Part shown: in pieces, positions 9,458 to 17,800 of the stretch
Position numbering within the stretch: position 1 is the first letter of the stretch
Layout: the number at the start of each line of letters is the position of its first letter
NCBI GenBank assembly: GCA_964349455.1
Contig: CAYGGG010000002.1
Span: 1-61,034, forward strand
Reading direction: 5' to 3'
Length of the DNA: 61,034 nt
From: an uncultured Muribaculaceae bacterium
Lineage (GTDB): Bacteria > Bacillota_I > Bacilli_A > RF39 > UBA660
The notes under the pieces: generated by a model
The model's input: the letters and a program-made list of their open reading frames with translations, nothing else
What the model was told of the DNA's origin: nothing
The model's database searches: none
Position numbers and translations under genes: made by a program

Positions 9458-9717
9458 GATGGCCCCCCCTGATTTGATTAATAATAATTTAAATTATTTT
9501 TGAGAAAAGTCTTAAATTATTGGTTAAATCTAACAAAAAGAATATAGCATAATATTTATAAAAGTACAATCATTTTATGCTTTTTTTTTTTGAATTATGA
9601 AAAGGGACGGGTTTATGATAAAATACAGATTGAAAGTGGATTTATGGAAAATACTGTTATCATGGTAGTTTCAGCATTAGTTAAAAAAAATATTTTTAAT
9701 GAAAAAAAAGTTAGGTA

Positions 9718-9748
9718 TTGACTCTATAGGTTACTCTAATGTTAATAT
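9718..9748 (+). promoter_or_regulatory. MerR-type promoter with a 19-bp spacer
   Basis: TTGACT (9718-9723), a 19-nt spacer containing the CTATAG palindrome and two ACTCTA copies, then TAATAT (9743-9748). It sits about 20 nt upstream of the merR-family start at 9769. Confidence 0.5.
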
Positions 9749-9768
9749 CGAGATGTGGAGGAAATTAT

Positions 9769-10578
9769 ATGTATCAAATTAGTCAATTTTCAAAAATTAG
9801 CAATACGTCAATTCAAACTTTGCGCTATTATGATAGTTTGCAATTATTAAAACCAAAAGTAATTGGTGAGTCTAATAATTATCGCTATTATACTAATGAA
9901 GAATTGGTGAAATTAAGAATCATTAAAAGATTAAAAAAGATGGGTTTTCAGTTAAAAGAAATTGCTGAAATAATCAAAAAATATGATGAAAAAAAATTAG
10001 TAAGTCATAAAAGTAAATTGGAAATGGAAATTGCTAATAAAATACAATATGTTAAGGAAATTAAGAAAATGATTAAAAAAATGAAAAACGGTAATCATAA
10101 TTTTGAAAAAGAATTAACTTTTCTCGCAAAAAATGAAGAAAGGAGAGTAAATATGAAAGAAAAATATATTTTAGCAAAAGCAAAATTACTTGAATGTTAT
10201 GACTTATATCAGCAAAAAAACTTTGAGGAATCGATAACAGCTCTAGAAGAATTAAAAGAAGAAATTTTTGCTTCAGATGAAGGACAGGATCCTTTTTGGA
10301 ATCATACGGCGGGGAATTTGTTTATGGGAATTGCTTTTGAAGTTTTTAAAGCAAGTAAAAAAGAAGAAGTTTCTTTTTTAACTATTTTTGATTTTAACAT
10401 TAATGGTAAGTCACAGATTGACAATTTAAAAGAATATACTGATTTGTTGGCAAAGGATAGTTATGCTTATTTGTGCTTAGTAAGTATAAGTTCGGCTCCA
10501 CTTGAAACAAAGGAAGCTGTAATTCGTATTTTTCGCCAAATAATAAAGGCCTATGCTGGAAGAGAAACGAAGAATTAA
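9769..10578 (+). CDS. MerR-family transcriptional regulator with a long C-terminal domain
   Basis: MYQISQFSKISNTSIQTLRYYDSLQLLKP is the MerR wHTH. The GGAGG RBS sits before ATG 9769. The ORF-track start at 9739 lies inside the promoter. Confidence 0.85.
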   Translation: MYQISQFSKISNTSIQTLRYYDSLQLLKPKVIGESNNYRYYTNEELVKLRIIKRLKKMGFQLKEIAEIIKKYDEKKLVSHKSKLEMEIANKIQYVKEIKKMIKKMKNGNHNFEKELTFLAKNEERRVNMKEKYILAKAKLLECYDLYQQKNFEESITALEELKEEIFASDEGQDPFWNHTAGNLFMGIAFEVFKASKKEEVSFLTIFDFNINGKSQIDNLKEYTDLLAKDSYAYLCLVSISSAPLETKEAVIRIFRQIIKAYAGRETKN

Positions 10579-10579
10579 A

Positions 10580-10601
10580 TAAATAGTCTTTAGAAAAATT
10601 A
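10580..10601 (+). repeat. 22-bp direct repeat, copy 1 (flanks the ABC-F gene)
   Basis: TAAATAGTCTTTAGAAAAATTA differs at 1 of 22 positions from the copy at 12266-12287. Confidence 0.8.
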
Positions 10602-10623
10602 AACTGTTGTTTAATTTTTTTTT
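10598..10623 (+). terminator. Terminator after the merR-family gene
   Basis: ATTAAAC/GTTTAAT stem (10598-10604 and 10609-10615), a 4-nt loop and a T9 run. Confidence 0.5.
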
Positions 10624-10650
10624 ATGATAAAATATTGCTTAGGTGATAAC

Positions 10651-12195
10651 ATGCTAGAAATGCGGAATATTAACATATTTTTAAAGCAAAATGATCGTTC
10701 TTTAGTAGAAGACTTTAATTTTGTTTTAAACCGAGACAATAAAGTAGCAATAATTGGTGAAGAGGGAAATGGCAAAAGCACTTTATTGAAAATGATTTTT
10801 GATAGCAATATGATTGAAGAGTATTGTGATTTTTCTGGTGAAATAAATAAAAAAAATTTAAAAATTAGTTACTTAGAACAACTATTAGATTTAAAATGGT
10901 ATCAATATGGTGTTTGCGATTATTTTATAAATGATTCGTTTTTTAATATAGATTATGAAAAATATAATCAATTAAATGAAATAATGAATATATTTGCTGA
11001 TTTAAAATTAGATACTAATTTAATTGAAGAAAATCGAATAATAAGTAGTTTATCAGGTGGTGAAAAAGTAAAAATGCAGATTGCCAAAATACTTTTTGAA
11101 AAACCAGATATAATTCTTCTTGACGAGCCCACAAATGATTTGGATATTGAGACGTTAGAATGGCTTGAAATTTTTATAAAAAAAAGTAAAACACCAATTA
11201 TTTTTATTTCTCACGATGAAACATTATTAAGTAAAACGGCTAATGTAATTATTCACTTTGAACAAATAAAGAAGAAAAGTGGTTCACGCTATACAATTTA
11301 TCGAAGTGGTTATGAAGATTATGTTAAACAAAGAGAAAGTTTATTAAACAAGCAGGAAATGGTTGCCTGCAAACAAAGAGAGGATTATAATAAACAAAAA
11401 GAAAAATGGATGCAAGTGTACCAAAAAGTTGACTATCAACAAGAAACCATTTCAAGAAAGGATCCTCATGGTGCCAAATTGTTGAAGAAAAAAATGAAAA
11501 CTTTAAAGGCTCAAGAAAAAAGATTAGAAAAAGAAAAGGAAGATTTTTTAGCAATTCCTGATGTTGAAGAAGCAATTAATTTTTTCTTTTCTAAAAAAAT
11601 AATACGGAGAAAAAAGATGGTGCTCAATTTTGAATTGGAAAAGTTAAAAATAGACGAAAAATTATTAGCACAAAATATTAAACTATTAGTTAGTGATGGT
11701 GAACATGTTGTAATTATTGGTCGAAATGGAATTGGCAAGAGCACATTGTTAAGAAGGATTAAAGAGAATCTAAGTCAAACTGATTTTTCAATTGGCTACA
11801 TGCCTCAAAACTATGAAGATATAATTGATTTAAAACAAACACCAATAGATTTTTTAGTTGATGGGGTTGAAAAAGAAAGAATAACTCGTGCTCGTAATTT
11901 AATGGGATGTATGAAGTTTACTAGTGAAGAAATGGAAACGAAAATTAGGAATTTAAGCGGTGGACAGAGAGCGAAGTTGTTGATTATAAAATTTATTATT
12001 GATGAAAATGATTTTTTAATTTTAGATGAGCCAACAAGAAATTTAAGTCCTTTGTCAAATCCAATTATTAGAAAAGTTTTAAGAAGTTTTTCGGGAGCGA
12101 TTATTAGCGTTTCGCATGATCGAAAGTTTATAAATGAAGTTTGTGACGTATGTTATGAATTAACTAATGAGGGGATTAAAAAAACTGATATATAG
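10651..12195 (+). CDS. ABC-F family ATPase (two ABC domains, no TM domain); possible ribosome-protection/ARE type
   Basis: Domain 1 has GEEGNGKST, LSGGEKVKM and LLDEPTNDLD. A K/E-rich linker follows. Domain 2 has GRNGIGKSTLL, LSGGQRAKL and LILDEPTRNL. AGGTGA lies before ATG 10651. Confidence 0.85.
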   Translation: MLEMRNINIFLKQNDRSLVEDFNFVLNRDNKVAIIGEEGNGKSTLLKMIFDSNMIEEYCDFSGEINKKNLKISYLEQLLDLKWYQYGVCDYFINDSFFNIDYEKYNQLNEIMNIFADLKLDTNLIEENRIISSLSGGEKVKMQIAKILFEKPDIILLDEPTNDLDIETLEWLEIFIKKSKTPIIFISHDETLLSKTANVIIHFEQIKKKSGSRYTIYRSGYEDYVKQRESLLNKQEMVACKQREDYNKQKEKWMQVYQKVDYQQETISRKDPHGAKLLKKKMKTLKAQEKRLEKEKEDFLAIPDVEEAINFFFSKKIIRRKKMVLNFELEKLKIDEKLLAQNIKLLVSDGEHVVIIGRNGIGKSTLLRRIKENLSQTDFSIGYMPQNYEDIIDLKQTPIDFLVDGVEKERITRARNLMGCMKFTSEEMETKIRNLSGGQRAKLLIIKFIIDENDFLILDEPTRNLSPLSNPIIRKVLRSFSGAIISVSHDRKFINEVCDVCYELTNEGIKKTDI

Positions 12196-12265
12196 AAGTT
12201 GATTTTATGGAAAACATTGTTTATTATGATGGTAGCGTAAGCGACTTAAAAGAATATAATTTGAT

Positions 12266-12287
12266 TAAATAGTCTTTAGGAAAATTA
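12266..12287 (+). repeat. 22-bp direct repeat, copy 2
   Basis: TAAATAGTCTTTAGGAAAATTA, immediately upstream of the ASCH gene RBS. Confidence 0.8.
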
Positions 12288-12304
12288 TTAAAGGAGAAAT
12301 TTTA

Positions 12305-12706
12305 ATGAAAACAATTAGTTTGCGCGAGCCCTTTGCTAGTTTAGTAAAAGAAGGAATTAAAAAGACTGAAACGAGAAGTTGGCAAACAAAATATCGTGGA
12401 GAGTTATATATTCATGCTAGTAAGCGGAAGTTAACTAAAAAAGATGAGGTTGTTTATAAAAAAATATTAGATTTTTTAAATGATCTTGATTTTAAGTATG
12501 GATATATTATTGCTAAATGCCAGTTAGTTGATTGTGTGTTAATTGATCAAAAATTTATTAAAAAAATAAATAAAAAAGATTATCTTTGTGGTGATTATCA
12601 AGTCGGAAGATATGCTTGGTTTTTAGAAGAAATTGAAGTGTTAGATGTGCCGATTATTGCTAAAGGTCAATTGGGAATTTGGGAGTATAAAAAAAATAGA
12701 AATTAA
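12305..12706 (+). CDS. ASCH-domain protein
   Basis: ISLREPFASLVKEGIKKTETRSW...GELYIHAS is the typical ASCH/PUA-like N-terminal signature. Confidence 0.65.
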   Translation: MKTISLREPFASLVKEGIKKTETRSWQTKYRGELYIHASKRKLTKKDEVVYKKILDFLNDLDFKYGYIIAKCQLVDCVLIDQKFIKKINKKDYLCGDYQVGRYAWFLEEIEVLDVPIIAKGQLGIWEYKKNRN

Positions 12707-12707
12707 T

Positions 12708-13142
12708 CTATTTTTTTGTTTTACAATGGATATTATTGTTGTTATGAAAGTAATAGTTATTATCAATAACGGTATTAATATCAACCGGAGTTATATGTTT
12801 ATTTCCTTGATTTATTTTAATAGGAATATATGGGATTTGATAATGTTGTAAAAGTAATAATCTGTTTTTATTGAGTAAATTTGCATAAACTTCTTGACAT
12901 GCGATTAAAAAAGTTTTTTCGTATTTTTGATTTAATTCAATTCCTAAACTAGTTAAAGTGGTAATAAAAATCGCATGATGATCAAAGTTTAGAAAAGAAA
13001 TTATTTCGGTTTTTTGATCTTGCGAAAAAAATGGTTTTTTGTCACAAATAATAACTGGTTCTTCATATTTGTGGTAGAAATTTTGAGCAATGTGAAGTGC
13101 CGTTTCATTGGCTCCTAATAAAACTAATTTATATTTATTCAT
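12708..13142 (-). CDS. Short protein resembling only the pre-ATP-grasp N-terminal part of an ATP-grasp ligase (possible remnant)
   Basis: KLVLLGANETALHIAQNF...PVIICDKK... resembles the Rossmann-like pre-ATP-grasp domain. The ORF ends where the ATP-grasp core would start. Confidence 0.3.
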   Translation of the reverse strand: MNKYKLVLLGANETALHIAQNFYHKYEEPVIICDKKPFFSQDQKTEIISFLNFDHHAIFITTLTSLGIELNQKYEKTFLIACQEVYANLLNKNRLLLLQHYQIPYIPIKINQGNKHITPVDINTVIDNNYYFHNNNNIHCKTKK

Positions 13143-13226
13143 CGTTCCTCCTAATAAGCTTGTATTCTATCACATTTTATCAATTTGTCAAGAAGGATTA
13201 TGTTATAATGCAATTGAGGTGTAATT

Positions 13227-14213
13227 ATGAATAAATATATTGTTACTTATGCACCATGTTTTGAAAAGAACATGCTTTTGGAATTAGAAAAGGGTGTTGG
13301 TGAGGTAAGAATTGTTAAAAAATTTGATCATGATTTATTATTAATTGAATGTGATAAAATGGTTGATTCGGATTTAATTTTTGTTAAACATTTAATGCCA
13401 GTAATGAAAAGCGGAATTGTTATCGAAAAAGAAATGTTTTTTGAAAATTTATTAGAAGAAGTAATAAAAATTGTTGAATTAAAAAATGAAAAGTTTGCTG
13501 TTCAATGTCGGATTAAAAAAGGGGATGGGGCGTTTAGTGCGAAAGATGTTGAGGTATTTTTAGGAACATATTTTGAAAAAAATGGTGCTGTTCCTGCTTT
13601 TGTTGAAACTGAGTCAGTGATAAAAATAATTTCCGTTTTTATTTTTGAAAAAGAATATTATATTGGTTTTTCAACTAACGTTGAAAATCTTAATTATCAT
13701 TGTGATGAATATCGTCTTTTTTCAAAGAATGGTCGTCAAGTTTCAAGAGCTGAAAATAAATTAAAAGAAGCGATTGCTAAATTTAAAATTCCTTTGATAA
13801 AAAATGGAATGGCCTTAGATATTGGGGCGGCACCTGGGGGATGGTCGTTAGTTTTAGCAGATTATGGGTATCATGTTTTAGCAGTTGATCCAGGTAATTT
13901 AAAGGAATCAGTTTTAAATAATCCTTTGATTAAGCATTTTAAAGGGCGGATTGAGGATTTAAAAATAAATGAGCAGTTTGATATGATTGTTAATGATATG
14001 AATGTGGATCCAAAAGAAACGTCTTTGATAATGAATCAAATTGCTTCTTTGTTAAAAAAAGATGGAATCGTGATTTTAACTTTAAAATTACCAATTAAAT
14101 CAACTAATCTTATTTTTGAAACAATATCAATATTAGAAGAGCAGTATCAGGTGGTGGCGATTAAGAGTTTGTTTCATAATCGTCAAGAAGTGACTTTGGT
14201 TTTGAAAAAATAA
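13227..14213 (+). CDS. RlmM-like/FtsJ-family SAM-dependent RNA 2'-O-methyltransferase with a THUMP-like N-terminal domain
   Basis: SRAENKLKEA...LDIGAAPGGWS...VDPG...DMNV matches the FtsJ/RlmM motifs. Confidence 0.7.
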   Translation: MNKYIVTYAPCFEKNMLLELEKGVGEVRIVKKFDHDLLLIECDKMVDSDLIFVKHLMPVMKSGIVIEKEMFFENLLEEVIKIVELKNEKFAVQCRIKKGDGAFSAKDVEVFLGTYFEKNGAVPAFVETESVIKIISVFIFEKEYYIGFSTNVENLNYHCDEYRLFSKNGRQVSRAENKLKEAIAKFKIPLIKNGMALDIGAAPGGWSLVLADYGYHVLAVDPGNLKESVLNNPLIKHFKGRIEDLKINEQFDMIVNDMNVDPKETSLIMNQIASLLKKDGIVILTLKLPIKSTNLIFETISILEEQYQVVAIKSLFHNRQEVTLVLKK

Positions 14214-14272
14214 TTTTTTATTTTTGTTTGACAAGAACATATGTTTTGGTGTATATTGGAAGTGGTGATAAA

Positions 14273-14806
14273 ATGTATAGTTATTTAAAAGGTTTAGTGA
14301 GTGAAATATTAGCTGATGGAATTACGTTAGAAGTCGGTGATGTTGGCTATTATATTCATTGTGCTAATCCATATCAGTTTAAAAAAAATGATTTGGTTTG
14401 TATTTATTTGTATCAATTGGTAAAGGAAGATGAAATAAGTTTGTATGGTTTTTCTAGTCGTGAAGATTTAAGTTTGTTTTTGAAATTAATTAGTGTTAAG
14501 GGCCTTGGTTGTAAGATGGCCTTGCCGATGTTTGCGGCTTCGGAAACTAAAAAAATAATTGCTTCGATTGAAAATGAAGATTTAGTTTTTTTGCAAAAAT
14601 TTCCAAAAATTGGTTTAAAACTTGCTAGTCAAATTATTTTGGATTTAAAAGGAAAATTAGTTAGTAAAAATAAAAGTAGTGATGATTTAATTGAAACTTT
14701 AAAGGCTTTGGGGTATAAGAAGAGTAGTATTGATCAAGTTGTTTTAGAAATTGATCATTTGTTACCAATTGAATTACAAATTAAAGAAGCTTTGAAAAAA
14801 TTATAG
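14273..14806 (+). CDS. ruvA: Holliday junction branch-migration complex subunit RuvA
   Basis: MYSYLKGLV...GVGYYI..., helix-hairpin-helix motifs VKGLGCKMA and FPKIGLKLA. The ORF-track start at 14228 adds a non-homologous leader. Confidence 0.9.
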   Translation: MYSYLKGLVSEILADGITLEVGDVGYYIHCANPYQFKKNDLVCIYLYQLVKEDEISLYGFSSREDLSLFLKLISVKGLGCKMALPMFAASETKKIIASIENEDLVFLQKFPKIGLKLASQIILDLKGKLVSKNKSSDDLIETLKALGYKKSSIDQVVLEIDHLLPIELQIKEALKKL

Positions 14807-14814
14807 GAGGATTT

Positions 14815-15771
14815 ATGGATAATTTTGAAATGACAATTAGACCAAAAACGTTAGATGAATATATTGGTCAAAGTGAAATGAAAAATAATTTAGCAATTTT
14901 TATGCAAGCTGCTAAAATGCGAAACCAAGTATTAGATCATGTTTTATTATATGGCCCACCTGGTCTTGGTAAGACAACGATGGCCTATATTATTGCTAAT
15001 GAAATGGATAGTCAAATTAGAACAATTAGTGGCCCTACAATTGAAAAGATTGGTGATATAGCATCAGTTCTTTCCTCAATTGAAGAAGGTGATATTGTTT
15101 TTATTGATGAGATTCATCGAATTCCTAAATTTGTTGAAGAAGTTTTATATTCGGCAATGGAAGATTTTTTTATTGATATTATGATTGGTGGCGAAGGGAA
15201 TAGTCGCAGTGTCCGAATTGAAATTCCTAATTTCACATTAGTTGGGGCGACGACTCGTTTTGGTGATTTAACCGGGCCTTTGCGTGATCGATTTGGCATT
15301 GTTGCGAAATTAGATTATTATAGTGATATAGAGTTAATGCAAATTGTAACAAGAACGAGTAAGGTGTTAGATGTTATGATTACGAAAGAAGCAATTAAAA
15401 TTTTAGCAAGTCGTAGTCGTGGAACTCCGAGAGTTTCTAATCGGTTATTTAAACGAGTTAGTGATTTTGCTTTGGTGTTAGGAACTGGTTCAATTGAAAA
15501 GGATATTTGTAATTTAGCGTTAGAAAAAATGCAAGTTGATCGAATGGGACTTGATAATACCGACTATAATTTGTTAAAATCAATTATAGAGAAGTTTAAT
15601 GGTGGCCCGGTTGGGATTGAAGCGATAGCTGCTAGTATTGGTGAAGAGGTAACAACGATTGAAGATGTTCACGAGCCCTTTCTTCTCCAACATGGTTTGC
15701 TTAAAAGAACCGTTCGTGGTCGTTGTGCAACTAATAAAGCTTATGAACATTTAGGAATTAAGAAGGAGTGA
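14815..15771 (+). CDS. ruvB: Holliday junction DNA helicase RuvB
   Basis: RPKTLDEYIGQ, LLYGPPGLGKTT, FIDEIHR, TLVGATTR and SRGTPRVSNRL. Confidence 0.97.
   Translation: MDNFEMTIRPKTLDEYIGQSEMKNNLAIFMQAAKMRNQVLDHVLLYGPPGLGKTTMAYIIANEMDSQIRTISGPTIEKIGDIASVLSSIEEGDIVFIDEIHRIPKFVEEVLYSAMEDFFIDIMIGGEGNSRSVRIEIPNFTLVGATTRFGDLTGPLRDRFGIVAKLDYYSDIELMQIVTRTSKVLDVMITKEAIKILASRSRGTPRVSNRLFKRVSDFALVLGTGSIEKDICNLALEKMQVDRMGLDNTDYNLLKSIIEKFNGGPVGIEAIAASIGEEVTTIEDVHEPFLLQHGLLKRTVRGRCATNKAYEHLGIKKE
15743..15771 (+). repeat. 29-bp direct repeat, copy 1 (3' end of ruvB including RBS-like AAGGAG and stop)
   Basis: ATGAACATTTAGGAATTAAGAAGGAGTGA is identical to 16766-16794. Confidence 0.95.
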
Positions 15772-16655
15772 TGTATGTGAAAAAAAGAAAGTTAATTTTT
15801 ATCTTGATTAGTATTGTGGTAATGATTGGAGGGGTGGTTGCTTTTTATCAATTAAATGAAAAAGAAGTTGAAAAAATTGATAAACCGATTAAAAATGAAA
15901 AAGAAGTTGAGTTAGATGATGTTGAAGAACAAAAATTTGAAGAAGTTCTTTTGACTGATGATGAAAAGTTAGCATTAGTTATTTTTATGCTTGAACATGA
16001 GAGTTTTACACGGGCTATATATGATAGTACGAGTTCAATTGAACTAGATTGGATAGTAACAAATTTGTGTGATGATACTCCTCAAAATTACAAAGTTAGA
16101 ATGACGAATGAAATGGAAAATGATATCACAAAGTTGAATCTTAATTTTACTGAAGACTATGGTCAACTATCAAAATATTATATTTCACTTTCCTCAGTAA
16201 CTGAATATTATGAAAAAATGACCGGCAAAACAGCAATTGTGGAGGAAGATTCTTTTGTTGATTATCCTGAATTAGCCGTGAGTTATTTATATGTTTCAAA
16301 ACATAAAATATTTGTGTGTTACGAAAATTGGTACGAAAATTTTGGATTGCCCGAATATTTAATATATCGGGATTCTTCTAATATAGCAACTATTTCAATT
16401 GACCAACTATTAAAAAAAGTGGATGAGGATATATATGTTTTGAAAACTACTGAAAGAAGTTTTACATATAAGTTGGGAAGCGGAGAACAAGCGGAAAAAT
16501 ATGATAAAGAATTATTACAAAAAACTCTAGAAGATATATCATTGAATAAACAAACAGAAATAGATTTGGGAATGTATTATTATCGTAATGATGCTTATGT
16601 GATGAAAAAGAAAGATGGAGAGTGGCAATTTGTCTCGGCTAAAAATGAATATTGA
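15768..16655 (+). CDS. N-terminally membrane-anchored hypothetical protein, inserted between ruvB and queA
   Basis: The start (GTG 15768 or ATG 15771) overlaps the ruvB stop. A single TM (LIFILISIVVMIGGVVAF) is followed by an acidic linker and a ~230-aa domain with no recognisable motif. Confidence 0.6.
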   Translation: MMYVKKRKLIFILISIVVMIGGVVAFYQLNEKEVEKIDKPIKNEKEVELDDVEEQKFEEVLLTDDEKLALVIFMLEHESFTRAIYDSTSSIELDWIVTNLCDDTPQNYKVRMTNEMENDITKLNLNFTEDYGQLSKYYISLSSVTEYYEKMTGKTAIVEEDSFVDYPELAVSYLYVSKHKIFVCYENWYENFGLPEYLIYRDSSNIATISIDQLLKKVDEDIYVLKTTERSFTYKLGSGEQAEKYDKELLQKTLEDISLNKQTEIDLGMYYYRNDAYVMKKKDGEWQFVSAKNEY

Positions 16656-16765
16656 AAATTTTTGGATTAACAGTTTTTTGTTTGGCCAGTTGTGCTATAT
16701 GGATTTTTTACAATAAGTTGGGTTGGCGGTTGATAGTGTAAATTCTATTAGCATCATTAATAAAC

Positions 16766-16794
16766 ATGAACATTTAGGAATTAAGAAGGAGTGA
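16766..16794 (+). repeat. 29-bp direct repeat, copy 2 (supplies the queA RBS)
   Basis: Identical to 15743-15771. The flanking bases differ on both sides. Confidence 0.95.
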
Positions 16795-16798
16795 AATT

Positions 16799-17800
16799 AT
16801 GCATTTGAGTGATTTTGATTATCATTTACCGAAAAGTTTAATTGCGCAAGATCCATTGATGAAAAGAGATAGTTCAAAATTACTAGTGCTTGATAAAGAA
16901 ACCGGTTTAGTTGAACATAAAGATTTTGTTGATATTGTTTCTTATTTGAAAAAAGATGATGTCTTAGTTTTAAATGATACGAAGGTAATTCCAGCGCGGT
17001 TGATTGGGAAGAAGGCAACTGGTGGTGTGATTGAAGTTTTGTTGATTCGTGATTTAGGTGATGATGTTTGGCAGTGTTTGGTTAAACCGTTTAAAAAAAT
17101 TAAAGTAGATACCGTTTTGTGGTTTGGTTCTTTAAAAGGTGAATGCATTTTTAAGGGTGAGGAAGGAATTGCTCATTTTCGTTTTTTTTATGAAGGTGAT
17201 TTTATCGAGTTGTTAGATCAGTTAGGTGAAATGCCCCTCCCCCCTTATATTGTTAAAAAGTTAGTTGATAAAAATCGTTATCAAACAGTTTATGCTAAAA
17301 ATATTGGTAGTGTTGCTGCACCAACAGCTGGACTTCATTTTACGGATCATTTGTTAAAAAAAATTGAAGATATGGGTGTTAAAATTGTTTATATTACGCT
17401 TCATGTTGGAATTGGTACGTTTCGTCCGGTAACGGTTTCTAATATCAAAGAACATAAAATGCATGATGAATTTTTCTTTGTTTCAGAAGAAGTTGTTTCT
17501 GTTTTGAATAATTGTCAGGGGCGGATTATTGGAGTTGGGACAACGGTTGTGCGGACTTTAGAAAGTATTTATGAAAATAAGTTTGTTTGTAAGAGTGGTT
17601 TTACTGATTTGTTTATTTATCCTGGTTATCAATTTAAAGCAATTGATATGATGATTACTAATTTTCATCTTCCGAAATCAACTTTATTGATGATGGTTAG
17701 TGCTTTTGCAAAAAGAGAATTTATTTTAGAAGCTTATAAGGAGGCAGTGTCACGAAAGTATCGATTTTTTTCGTTTGGTGATGCGATGTTAATTAAATGA
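16799..17800 (+). CDS. queA: S-adenosylmethionine:tRNA ribosyltransferase-isomerase QueA
   Basis: MHLSDFDYHLPKSLIAQDP, LPPYI, YQTVYA, APTAGLHFT, GVGTTVVRTLES and FHLPKSTLLMMVSAF. Confidence 0.97.
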   Translation: MHLSDFDYHLPKSLIAQDPLMKRDSSKLLVLDKETGLVEHKDFVDIVSYLKKDDVLVLNDTKVIPARLIGKKATGGVIEVLLIRDLGDDVWQCLVKPFKKIKVDTVLWFGSLKGECIFKGEEGIAHFRFFYEGDFIELLDQLGEMPLPPYIVKKLVDKNRYQTVYAKNIGSVAAPTAGLHFTDHLLKKIEDMGVKIVYITLHVGIGTFRPVTVSNIKEHKMHDEFFFVSEEVVSVLNNCQGRIIGVGTTVVRTLESIYENKFVCKSGFTDLFIYPGYQFKAIDMMITNFHLPKSTLLMMVSAFAKREFILEAYKEAVSRKYRFFSFGDAMLIK

